Source of the DNA: Octopus sinensis
Lineage: Eukaryota
Direction of reading: 5' to 3'
NCBI RefSeq assembly: GCF_006345805.1
Contig: NC_043002.1
Coordinates: 40,176,001 to 40,240,000 of the forward strand
Length of the DNA: 64,000 nucleotides
Shown here: piece by piece, positions 26,251-38,465 of the stretch
Position numbering within the stretch: position 1 is the first letter of the stretch
Layout of the letters: the number at the start of each line of letters is the position of its first letter
Notes under the pieces: model-generated
Told to the model about the DNA's origin: nothing
Databases searched by the model: none
The model's input: only the letters and a program-made list of their open reading frames with translations
Position numbers and translations under genes: made by a program

Positions 26251-28314
26251 ATTCTAGTGATTCAAAGAAAGCACGTATGAAAATATTGAAGAATCTGTGG
26301 AAAGTGAAATAGAAAGTGACGAGACTTATTCTGCAATGATGCCATAGTTCAGGATCAATGATACTAAATTGGATTGTGATGATCCCTACCAGCTTCTTGA
26401 GTCCACAGCACCAAAAAACATGCCACCAAAAGAAAGCACTCCCATTGCATACTTCCTGCTGCTTTTGATAGACACAATGACAAAACTTTTCTTGATTGAG
26501 ACAAACCATTATGCAAGACAGTTTCTGACCAAAGCCAGACTGAAACCTACATCAATCGCCAAGAATTGGATGCCAACATTAGGCACAGAGATGAAGGAAT
26601 TCACTGCTGCAATTCTCAACACGGAGCTACTAAGAAAACCAACCATCAAATCCTATTGGTCTTATTTGACATCACAAACCACACCCTGGTTCAACCAGCT
26701 GATGGCCAGATGCAGGTTTGAACTTTAGTTGAAATTTTTTCACATGGTGGATAATAGGAATCAACCAGATCCTCAAGATGTGAACTATGATCCCTGTGCA
26801 AAGTTTTCTCCAATCATTGGCCACGCATATAAGATGTTTTGTCACCACTATACACAACACAGAAGCATATGTGTTGATGAAAGTTTGATTGGGACAAAGA
26901 ACAAAACTCAGCTGATGCAGTATTTGCCCAACAAGCATCACCACAAATGGAGCATCAAACTGTGGATGCTGAGTGACTATTTCAGCTTACTTGCTGGGCT
27001 CCTTTGCTTATTGAAGTAAGTAAGACAGAGAAAGTGAAACAGGTCTGCACCATTGGGAACTATCTTGGCAAAGGATATCATGTTTTGTGAACTGACTGAA
27101 AATAACACCCACATAACTGGAACTGTTCAAAGAAACAAAAAGGAGCTTTCAAAAAGCCTTAAAAGTACAGCAACAACCAGGTGAGAGTTTAAACTGCAGA
27201 CAGGGAAAAATCTTGACTACAGCATTCTGCAAAAAGTCCCCCCAAAAATGCTGTGCTGTTGCTCTCTACCAAGGAGAAAGCTGGGGATTAACAGGTGTAA
27301 ATGAGAAGACGAGGCCAAACCCATAGAGCTGCAGCACATGTTTACAAGCCCTTCTCTGTGCTTGCTTACAACAAGTACATGGTGGGGATAGACCAGGGTG
27401 ACATGATGCTGTACAGCTATCTAAATGAGAGGACACTTAAATACTGGAAAAAAGGAACTTTCAACATTCACTCCAGAATGTTGAACTCGTATATAATTTA
27501 CAAGGAGCACACATCAGATAGACATGCCAGGGTTTGTGTTTTGGTTGTTAAGGCCTTGATCAAAGTCTACATGGACCTGAGGAGTGGTCCCTCTGAGGAG
27601 ACTGGAGGCATGGTCTGGTCACCAACTCTCAAAACAAAGGAAAGGACTGTTGTGTCTGTAATGACAGGAGAACGCCTGGGGGACAAAAAAGGTCTAGAAC
27701 CATGTGTCAGAAGTGTAAAAAAAGACCTTCATGGACCATGTTTCCTCAAACACAAGTGCTAGCTAGCTGTTACACACTGTTAAATATTTTTGCATAAAAA
27801 CTTTTCTTGTATGATTTAGTGTAGTTTTAGATTTACTAGTACATATTTTTTTTGTTTTTCTTTTCAAGGAAGCATTTATGCTTATTATTTTATTTATTTA
27901 TGTGCTGTTTTAGGTTTTCTTATTGTGATGGATGTATTGTACTGTTTACAAGCTTTCATAATATAGTTTTACATATCAATAAAATAGTTTTAGGTACTTT
28001 ATCCATTGTTTTCTACATGCACCCATCAATTTCAATCTCAACAGAAAAAAATGGCCTTTTTGGTTACACATACCAAAATACCATGTCTCAAAAAGGTCAA
28101 TATCAATACGAAAAGGGAGGAGAAGCCATGATCATCCAATACAGCCCATTAAACAATCTTTCACCAGTTTCCTTCTACTCAATTTCACTCACAAAGCTTG
28201 GGTTAACCATAACCTCAGATTAACCCAAGCTATAGGATCAAACTGGAACTATATGATTGCAAAGCAAATTTCTAAGCCTCTCACAGATGTACCTGTCAAA
28301 GATGATTGCCTTAC

Positions 28315-28471
28315 CTAAGCTGTATTGGTATACTTCAATTGGTCTATTATATAATTCACATAATGCTTGCATTTCAACATGGTTACCATGACAATTGTCA
28401 TTCCTTTTACGATTTAGGTAAGTGTTAAAATCCTCTGTAACATAATGTTTGAAGTAATCTACATTTTTTGC
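28315..28471 (-). CDS. OTUD5: OTUD5 exon 4
   Basis: tttgcag acceptor; [52 protein letters not shown]; G|GTAAGG donor. Confidence 0.96.
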
Positions 28472-28794
28472 CTGCAAATAAAAAAGAAGAAAACACAGTT
28501 TTAGGTTAAGTATAAAATGAACTCAAACAAAATTAGATCTAAAAATAAAATAAAAAATGGAAAATAAATTCATATAAAATATCAAACAAACACTGAATTA
28601 TATGTTACTCCAGGATCATTGAGCAAAGTTTTTTAAAAATTATAAAAAGACAAAATTACACACATCAGAAAAGGAAAGATCCCAGCAAAAGGTCAACTGA
28701 AACAACTTGCTAAGATGTATTCTGCAAGACTGCATTAAACAGAATGAATTACCTTACAACTTTCTATGTCAAAACATCAATTTCTGTCACAATC

Positions 28795-28990
28795 ATCATC
28801 AATAATTTTTATGTCCATTTTTCATGCTGGCATGGGCTGGACAGGTTGTCATGGTCCAAGTTGCCTCCAACTGGGAACTACAGATCCCAAACACTAGGTG
28901 CTGAAACATGTCAATTGGCTTATTTCTATGGCTCAATGCCCTTCCTAACATCAACCATTTTACAGAGTGTCTGGGTGCATTTTCTCATGG
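28795..28990 (-). mobile_element. RTE-tail/SINE copy (diverged)
   Basis: catcatcaat...tttttcatgctggcatgggctggac...atgcccttcctaacatcaacc. Confidence 0.7.
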
Positions 28991-31009
28991 TTGTTGACAC
29001 TAGAGAGCTTGAAGAATCCTTGTCAAAATATGAAAGAATCATACCTGTCACAGTTGGAAATATGGAACATAGTTAAACGAATAGCAAAACTAATAGACAA
29101 GAAAATATAAATGACACATTCAGAAATGTCCAATTCTATTTAGACATTGGCAAAAATATTTCTTCTAGCTTATACAAGAAAAGAATGACACAGAGTACTA
29201 CTAGTTGAAAGCAAGTGTGTTAAGGGACCAACTGCATGGAGGAGTTAACCAACTAAGAATACACAGATGAAACTAAGAAAGATTGTCCTTCATTAGACCT
29301 GCAAAAGAACCAGTTATAAAAATGACTGGATAATATACCAAGAGAACAGAAAAATATCAGAGAAAACTTAAAGATTTCAAGATAACTACTTTAACAGTAG
29401 AAGGAAACAAACCAATTTCATACATTCTTCAGTATTGTCTGAACCTGCTTCCAATTTCATATACAGATTGGAAAATGGTTGTCAAAAATGGGAAATAGAA
29501 AAATTAGTTTTCTTTGCATATTATAACAATTCTATAACCCAAATTACTAAAAATTCTGGAAGCTTGTTTCTATTTAACTAATTTTTAAACATTCTTTGAA
29601 AAGAATTCTGATAAGGCTACTTTGCCATATAATCTTGAAAAAAATTATATTATGTTTTGGAATTTTTCTTGTAAAAAAGAAATCCTGATGAACAAATCTT
29701 GAAGAATTGGTGCACAGCAATGTAGGGATCTTTCTTAATTTCAGTATATCATGAAGCTTCAATCAATCGAGTTGCATGAAGAAATAGAAAAGTAATTAGT
29801 TCTACAAGATGATAATCATTAGAACGACAGTCTTCATATAATTACTGTAGCAGAAAAATTAAAGAGAAAAAACAGAAAAGACAGTAAAAAGCAGGTAAGT
29901 AGTCCAAGTGAAAGGATACTAGAACAAAACAACTATAGCCCAGGGCCTAAGGGTTTTCAATGAAGAGAAATTATTTCAATAAGATGGTTTTCCTATGGCT
30001 CAGACTACTATGATAGTGATAAAAAAATATAGTCTTCAAATATGAGAACAATACCCTACTGCATAATGTACTTCAGATTTTTGGTGACAAAGGGATGATC
30101 CCTTTTACATGGAAAACACACCAGTAATACAAAAGATACAATATATATGGTTTTTCATATTTAGCACTCAAAAGTATTGATTGAAAGAAGTATGATTACA
30201 CTACTTTACATTATTGAACTGTAAATCTAAAGAGTGAACTTCTCAATATTTTTTTTTAATGAAATTAAACCACATTAAAGAAAGATTCTACAAATCAAAA
30301 CCAAACAAAATTAATTTTATTTCAATCTCCTCATATCTACATTGCCTACAATCATGTAATATAGGTAACAGATGTACTAGTTTAAATAAACACTTATTGA
30401 TTCAGCCAAATTTATATAATATAATGAAATACTATATACAGACATATAAGCAGAAGTGTGGGTATACACACACACATTTTAAAACAAGACCAAAATCTAT
30501 ATTACTAGAATCTCCGATTTTCATAAACTACAATATAATTATCACACATTTGCAATGAATTAACATGCAAGTAGGAAATGAATTGCTAAAACTACTGATA
30601 TTATTTCCTTAGTAACCAATGTTATAGTTCAAATTTTTTTTTTTTTCATCAAAAGACAAGTGCTAAACTTTTACAGATACCAAACAAAATCAATTTATAT
30701 TAACTAAAGTACTAAGAGAGAATGTCTGCATTGTTTAATGAACATATAGTTTGAAAATGACATGCTTTACTCTGCTGATCAGAGTGAATCACAGTTCAAT
30801 TAGTTTTGTCAGTCATTACTGGCTCAAACGGTGTTCATTTCATCCAGTTCAGAAAGACAGAAGGTTTACAGCTCCTTACAAAAAGCCATTTGTTCATTAG
30901 TACATTTATTGCATCAGGAATTAACTAACTAAAATACTGAGAAAGCATGTTTGTGAGTAGGTCTATAAATAAATTTATATATGTATATATTTATGCCAGT
31001 GACACATAA

Positions 31010-31180
31010 AAGACACTCACAACACTCTCGGAGTGGTTGGCATTAGGAAGGGCATCCAGCCATAGAAACCAAACCAAATTCAGACTGGAACCAAGTGTAG
31101 ATCTCTGGCTTACCAGTTCCACTCAAGCCGTCTAAACCATGTCAGTATGGAAAGCAGACGTTAAATAAAGATGATGATGT
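31010..31180 (+). mobile_element. RTE-tail copy
   Basis: cactctcggagtggttggcattaggaagggcatccagcc...gacgttaaataaagatgatgatg. Confidence 0.8.
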
Positions 31181-31839
31181 TTTATGAATATTCTGCAGAA
31201 TGATTCTTGTGCTTTAACTATGTGGTTTACTTGCACAGCAACCTAAATGTGTACTCATTAAACGTGTGTGTGTGTGTCCAATATTCAACTAAATGGAAAG
31301 CTATTATTACCAAAGTCTGGTTGATCTAAAGCAGATGCATTTCAATATCACTTCTAATATACCATTTCAACACAGAATCCAGGCTAAGACTCAAAGCTCA
31401 GAGATTAGTGATAGTCTTCATAATAAATATTATATTTAAATGCTGAGAACACAACATAAATAGTTAAACTGTAAGTTCAGACAAGTATTAATAAAGTTGA
31501 AAATTAAAGGTATTAATCACTGCTTGCAGCAAAAGAGATTCAGCTGGTAGCAAAGGTATGTGATGAAAACAGATGAAAGTAATCTGATGATCCAAAATAA
31601 CATACAGCAAACAGTCTACAACAGCAAAGTGGTAGCTAATTTTCAAATCAACCAGTAAGCAAACATCAAAAAATATCAGTGATGAAGATTTAGTAAAACA
31701 TCTAATAAAGACCCACCCACCCCCTATAGATTTTCAAAATATGTTTAGAAACGTTATAATTGTATGACAAAAGTATAGTAGCTTTGTAGACCACAACATA
31801 AAGCTCATTATTCACTTCATAATTCAGTACCTTCGAACC

Positions 31840-33640
31840 ACCAGCAACACTTTGACTGCAGTGAGGATATATCTCACTTCATCCTTTCAAGACAGCCTCC
31901 CCATCACTTCAATGTTCACAATTGCACTTTGCTCTTGTCCACATTTCATATCTATACCACTGAGGCAAAAAAACAAATCTTTTTGCAATTCTCAGTTTAC
32001 CACATCCCAGACTGACAGACACACATTATAAACACCCTTGATCACTTTCTTACTTCCGAACTTCATCTCTACATCACAGCTGTCTCAGCATCTATCAGCT
32101 CTTTTGACTACTATCTCAATACATCTACCCAATATGCATCTACATATAAACAATACTCCACCCCACTTGCTAGATCCAATAGGACTTATGTCAGTTGGCT
32201 ACATCACACATGCAACAAAAACTTAAATGTTCCGAACAGTTTCCCAAGTAATTCACTCACAGCCACAGACAAAAAACAAGACCTACAACATTTGAAGAAA
32301 TTCATCATTTATCCAGCACTACAACTCTTACATGACCACTACCCAATCTATGAAGAATATTCCCATGCAACACACAGTCCTCTAGTTATCCCACCTCCCA
32401 AACTGCTAGTCAATCATTTTAGTCCCTTGCCAAAAGAATCTCCATCACCTTCCCACATTAATATTCTACTTCTCAACAACAATGGTTCTATAAGCAGTAC
32501 CTGGCAGAGAAAATTTCCACTTTGGCTGCCGGCTTTGCATCCATCTCCACACTGCACATTTATAAATTTCCAAATCTTTTTTTTTTTCCCCCCACCCTCA
32601 GGTTCACATTTTACATACATACCAAAATGCGAAAGTACTTCCAGTTGTTTCAAACATACAGGCCATCAAACTCATTGTCCCTTTCTTTACCCTTAAGCAT
32701 TGTGCCTCAAAACTAGCCCCAATACTCAATCTCTTCGATCTATTGTTCTTTCAAAATACACTTATAGTGTATATCATTCCCAAGAGAAGCAACTCCACTA
32801 AACCTACTATCATCTTATCGCACTCACTATACTGCAAAGGTAATGGAGACAGCCAATACATTGATCACCAGTTCAAATTCTGTAAAGACATATCTACTGG
32901 GGACCCGCTCTGCTTTGTCACTCACCATTAGATCTCACCCAAGAGAAATTTAACAAAAGCAACTTATCAGCAATATTATCATCATCAGCAAAGATTTCAA
33001 CCATATTTAGCATGCACATCTCCTAATGAAACATCCTGCCTCTGGGCCCCACCAGTTATCTCTGGGATCAAAAGCTTCCCGTCAGATAATATTATTGCAG
33101 TGTACTGAAAGAGGTTTTTCTGATCTACTCTACTATCTCTGTGTCCCAAGCTTTGCTTTTCCTCCCATCACTCTTACTCTTCCTTCAATACTTCAATGAC
33201 TTAATTGCTGTCATGTCCAATAAATCCTACTCTTTATGCAGATGTTACTACCCTCCATTCTTCCCTAACCTTCCCCAATAATGCATCATCCACACAAAAC
33301 ACTTACACTGTTTCCATGAACAGAGAACTTGAAAGCATCCTCCAATATGAATATGCAAATCTAGTCTCTTTCGACAGCAAATAAAAAAGCACAAACACTA
33401 CTCGTATCAAGAAAACAACATTGCACAACACTTCCCTTAAACATTAGCAACATACAACTAGAGCTCTCAGAATTATTCCAAATGTTAAACCTCACCATCA
33501 CCAAAGATCTCTCCTGGTAAAAGCATATCCTTTTACTGACACTACCAAGGTCAAGTGAGACTCACGATAGAATATTGCTCCCACACTTGGGATGATGCTG
33601 TTGCTACAGTTCCTCATTTTAAACTTCAAAAAACAGTGAC
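31840..33640 (+). mobile_element. CR1/L2-like LINE ORF2 remnant (endonuclease to RT)
   Basis: Degenerate motifs resembling GDFNVH (~31905), LDLFLTS (~32035), GVPQGS (~33140) and YADD (~33237); many stops and frameshifts. Confidence 0.6.
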
Positions 33641-33699
33641 AGAAGACTTAAAAATGAAATCGTACTAAGACCTGTGAGGTACCTTGTAACTCCAGAACA

Positions 33700-34309
33700 A
33701 AAGGTTAGAATGTTGGAGAGGGTGAAGATCATCTTGAACGAAGTGAAACATAATCCTGGAGTGATCTTTTACACAGATAAGAATTTCACCTAAGATATGC
33801 ATACAAACAGACACAACAGCCATGTTCTGTCTCCTGATCCTCATGAGAGAGTCAAAAATGTCATTTTCAGGTGCAACAGCCCTGCCATAGTGATGATTTT
33901 CGACTGTGTGGCCTCTGATGGTAAGATGCCATTGATTATCTTTGAGAAGGCTGAGAGACTGACAGAAATTTGTTATGTTCAGATTTTGAAAGATGTAAAG
34001 ACCTGGATTCTTTCTAAATATCCTGAGCAAGAGAAACCCCAACAAGAACACTAATAACTATTCCAGTCTTTAAAGAACTCTCAATCCTGAGCTATGGTTA
34101 TTCATAAAAATATCATTTTCATCCATGATCAACTTCACCACGATTCTTTTGGAGATCTTGGAGTGATCAACATTTTTTGTTGCTCAAAGTAGAATCCAAT
34201 AGCATTGGAAAATCCTCTGATAATTCCATTAAGTTGTCTTTAAACATTCCTGAGATACAAAGATTTGAAACTGAATCTAAAATTTGGACAATTTTGCTGA
34301 TACACCCAG
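33700..34309 (+). mobile_element. Tc1/mariner-superfamily (maT/DD37D-like) transposase fragment with right end in a TA tract
   Basis: ORF 33797-34054 ...PAIVMIFDCVASDGKMPLIIF...YVQILKDVKTWILSKYP; end ...GCTGATACACCCAG|TA. Confidence 0.6.
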
Positions 34310-34319
34310 TATGTATGTG

Positions 34320-34361
<42 letters not shown>

Positions 34362-34865
34362 ATTTCAACATCTTAATTTACAAAATTATTTAACTTGTAC
34401 TACTTTTCTCTAATAGAAAAACTGATGGAAAATCATTTTAAAGACCTTTTCTTACCTTAATAAACAATCATATAAATTTTTGTCAACTACATTCAGGTAA
34501 CATAAATAGAAAAACAAAATAAAAACTTGCAGATTTCTGCATATTCACTCAAAAGCTAATTCAATACAAAAATTTGTTCACCACTACCTGCTAAACCTAC
34601 CCAATGAAGTCAATATTCACAACTTAGTTTCTACTTTCTTGAATGCAAAATGTTCTATTTATATTATCAATTTATGTTTTATGACTCACTCAATCGGGTG
34701 GAAATGCCCAGCCTGTAATGAAAAATAAAACCCACTCCTAAACATCTGCATTTAGTAACATTACCTGAAAATGGCTTAAATATTCTTATAATACTAATGT
34801 ACCTGTGCCATTAGAAATGATGGCATGAAAATGATACAGAACATAAAATGAAAATATTACAACCT

Positions 34866-35270
34866 TTATCTTAGCAATTGCTTCAACACCACATTTCTAG
34901 TGAAAACCCTACCACCAATAAGTTCACTTTGTTTTGGATGGTTCTTTACCAACATTTTAATATTGTTACTGCTTCTACTTCTACTCAATGCAACATAAAG
35001 TTGTCAATGGCTGAATACTGGTGATAGTAGGATGATGCCAGCATTATTGAAGCTCTGCCCTTGTGATTTGTTTATAGTGATTGCAAATGCTGGGATAACA
35101 AGAAACTGTCGTCTACTCATACTAAAGGGAAGGGTTGTCTCACTGGGACGGAGACTAATGTGCAGAATAAAGGCCACCTCTCCTTTCTTACTTCCACCAA
35201 GTATTTTCCCATGAATGAAAAAATCCTTGATGGACAGCTTTAAGATTCAGGTCCCACTGAGTAAAAACCT
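34866..35270 (-). mobile_element. Helitron RepHel PIF1-helicase C-terminal remnant
   Basis: Reverse strand: [48 protein letters not shown]...FTRNVVLKQLLR*; not in ORF track because of G->stop. Confidence 0.88.
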
Positions 35271-35626
35271 CTCATTGAATTCAACTGAAATTACCAGTGA
35301 ACTAATAACAAACACTATATACCATAAATATACACACACACATTGGAACCGAAATATTAGAGCAAATGATCTTCGTAAAATGTACACAAAACATTTCACC
35401 TGTGAAACGATTCTTCTGATTGTCCTCTAACCCTGTCTTATAGGGAAGCCTCTGCAGGCATATATAATGTAGTAGGATGTGCTGGACATGATTGTATCAA
35501 CAATTTCTAACTAACTTTTCAATGATAATCCTGTTAATATTTATTTTAAGAAGAACCTTTCCCAAGGTCTTATGTTGGAATAAAGAATATATATTTGATT
35601 GTTAACTTTGTTATATTTCCTTCATT

Positions 35627-35657
<31 letters not shown>

Positions 35658-35658
<1 letters not shown>

Positions 35659-35866
35659 GATAAAAATGGTAAGACAACAAAAGAAAGAAAGAGACCTCGA
35701 TATTATGTAAATAGAGGAAATTATCTGTAAATGTAATATGTGACAATTATTTGGTAAAATGGCTGGATAACTGAAGAGGTGGTGGCGTGAATTTCCACCT
35801 CAGCATCCGAAACTCGGAGTTTTATCTTGGCTACCGAATAATTGTCACATATTACATTTACAGATA
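35658..35866 (+). other. Fold-back insert in (TA)n tract containing a type I hammerhead-ribozyme-like core (Penelope-like element end suspected)
   Basis: 35-bp inverted repeat 35722-35756 / 35832-35866; inside ggataa-CTGAAGA-G...C-GAAA-CTcggAG-TT-ttatct. Confidence 0.6.
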
Positions 35867-36159
35867 TATATACACACACACACACACACACACTCATAAA
35901 TACATATATATGTATGTGTGTATGGTGTACACAATGCTCTCTTTACCACTTACTCTTTCTCATTCTTGCGACTTTCTCTCACTCCCTGTCAGTCATGGCT
36001 ATTACTCTCATTACTTCACTGAATTATTATTTTCTCTCCTCTCCCTTCACTTATACTACTCTTTCTCTCACTCCCTCCCACTGCATGACTTTGGACAAAT
36101 ATATATATATAATATATAAAAACACTACACTCATTATTATATTAGATAGATTAACTCAC

Positions 36160-36224
36160 CATATAATCAATGCAGGTTTTTCTTATATCAGAATGCATTT
36201 CTGGGTCTCCATAAACTTGGTCAG
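36160..36224 (-). CDS. OTUD5: OTUD5 exon 3
   Basis: ttcctag acceptor; (A)DQVYGDPEMHSDIRKTCIDYM; ATG|GTGAGT donor; 65 nt, phases fit exons 2 and 4. Confidence 0.95.
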
Positions 36225-36396
36225 CTAGGAAACAAATTGAGAAAAAAAACATTACTTTAAATAACACATATATAAAAATGAAAACTTCATATATACAATT
36301 AACTACACAAATTAATAAGTCAAGAAATTTAAAAATAACATTTATTATAGCCTTATTTATTTAATTAAAATTATGCTTACAAGTAATCCCATTTAT

Positions 36397-36612
36397 CCTT
36401 TTAGCATTTAAACCAGTCATATCCAGCCCATATATTCTACCTGTTTTACATTCAAACTGACCAGATCCAGGCTCTTATGCCAACCCTACAGTCTCAAAAT
36501 AAACAACCACATCATAAAATTTTATTTTCAAGCTTCAAGTTGATGCATGATAAATTCAGAACAGTGTGAAATAAGCATTAACGTTTGTCAGAGTAATATG
36601 AATGCTAAATGG
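36397..36612. mobile_element. piggyBac-like MITE (same family as 1576-1787) with TTAT flanks
   Basis: TTAT at 36393-96 and 36613-16; CCTTTTAGCATT / AATGCTAAATGG termini. Confidence 0.7.
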
Positions 36613-37334
36613 TTATACATATGTTTCTGGGTGTATGTTTAGATAATGATAGAAATTTAAAGTATCAGCAATTTAACAATTTTCAGGAAGGTCTTTCTTT
36701 GATTTTACCTGACAGAGTTAACCAACAGACTCAAACCAATAAAGGAATCTCTAAATAGTTGCTTAACCTGCCTGAAACAACAGCCAACTTTCCCTCAGAT
36801 CATACTCAACTTGCATTTAAAAAAAAAAAGGTATAGATACACAATGTATAAAAAAATGGGAAAGCGACAGATGATGACAGCTGAAACAGTTCTGATCATA
36901 AGCTTTCTCAATCAGAGTTGACCTAAACGTTAAACAGGAACTAAACAAATTATTTTTCTTTTGGGGTGCAATGTAAAAATTATGTTAGAATTAGTTGTCT
37001 GCTGCTGTTATACAACACACACCAACATGTGCAAATTAGAGATTGTTTAAAATAAAATTATGCAGAAATTCACAGCTATTAAAACCTTATACAGGCTAGC
37101 TGGATCCATGAAAATTTCACAGAAAATATAAAAAATGTAAGCATCTGTAAATTGTGTACGGGTGCCATGAGAAATGTTTGTATATTGTGTCAGTTACAGA
37201 ATATACAAAGTGTAAAACCAATAACTATATAATCTAACCAAAATACCTGTTATGCAAACGTAAACAGAATTACTATTTAGCCTTGAAATACATCGTACAT
37301 ATTCAAAGAACCTTCTTGGTTTAGTGGTACAGAA

Positions 37335-37630
37335 CGTTCTGGTATTCTTTTATTGTTTTACTGGCTTCAGTCATTTGACGGTGGCCATGCTGAAGCACTG
37401 CCCTTTACTCGAAGAAATCAATCCCTGGACTGGTGCTTATTTTATCAGTCGAACAGCTAAGTTATGGGGACGCAAACATACCAACGTTGGTTGTCAAGCA
37501 ATGGTGATGGTGGGGGTGGGGCACAAAACAGACATGCATAAATATATACAAACATATATGACAGGCTCCTTTCAGTTTGCATCTCCAAATTCACTAAGAT
37601 TTTGGTCACCCTGAAGCTATAGAAGATGCT
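37335..37630 (-). mobile_element. SINE (same family as 49113-49974)
   Basis: cagtcatttgacggtggccatgctgaagcac...gctaagttatggggacgcaaac...ggctcctttcagttt. Confidence 0.75.
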
Positions 37631-38139
37631 CTTTAAAGTAGAGTTGAATTTCATACAGTCACCTATTGGCAACTTTTCTCCCCCACCCATTTTGTAGGGG
37701 GTGTTACCCATTTTTCTGGACTCTTTTCATAGTTATCCCCCCCCCCCGTTCAAAATTGTATTAGTTTTAGTATGAAAAAAAAAGGAAAGGAGGGAAGCTT
37801 GTTTGTAGTTTGTAGAGAAAACGGTAAACATGCCTGAAAAAAGAACATGGTCTTTCCCCACAACTAAAAGACTTGAAGAAATATGAAAGAAGGCAAATAA
37901 GTACCAGGGGTGGGAAAAAAGAAGAGAGAACTAACACTCGATCGTTCTAGAACCCCCAGAATAAAAACATAAAACACCTGAAAGACTTTCCCTCTATTCA
38001 TTATCAAATGTATTTTGCTCTTTTTCATTGTTAAAAGTAAAGAAGCTAGAAAAGATCAACGGTATTTCAGTCTAATTGTCATTGTAAATGACTGATGCTT
38101 TCCTTTCTCTGTCTCTTTTGCTTCACTCCTTTCCTCTAG

Positions 38140-38465
38140 GGTTAAGGTGTGTGGCTCAGAGGTTAGGGGTATTCAGTCTGTGATCATAAAGTCATGAGTA
38201 TAATCCCCAGTGGCACGCTGTGTTCTTGAGCAAGGTACTTTACTACACCTTGCTGCAGTTTACTCAGCTGGCAAAAATGAGTTGTAGCTGTAATTCAAAG
38301 GGGCTAGCCTTGTCCCATTCTGTGTGAGGCTGAATCTCCCTGAGAACTACTTTATGGTATGCATGTCAGTGGAGCACTCAGTCACTTGTGCATTAATTTT
38401 AAGAGCAGACTGTTCTGTTGATCAGATAAACAGGAACCTCATCATCATAACCAATGGAGTGCCAT
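38140..38465 (+). mobile_element. tRNA-derived SINE; partial second copy 38785-38930
   Basis: A-box-like gtgtggctcagaggttagg; gagttgtagctgtaattc shared with the second copy. Confidence 0.65.

Larger units (their letters stand above)
24525..28096 (+). mobile_element. piggyBac (PGBD4-like) transposon, decayed, filling most of OTUD5 intron 4
   Basis: TTAA|CCCTTTTGGGACATG left end; CATGTCTCAAAAAGG|TCAA right end (13/15); transposase pieces 26369-27019 (SICVDESLIG) and 27301-27762 (YNKYMVGIDQGD, Cys/His-rich C-terminus). Confidence 0.88.

Noticed and set aside
29950-30120. Possible Tc1/Tc3-like transposase scrap (FNEEKLF..DG)
   Set aside because: Heavily decayed with no TIRs; insufficient support.
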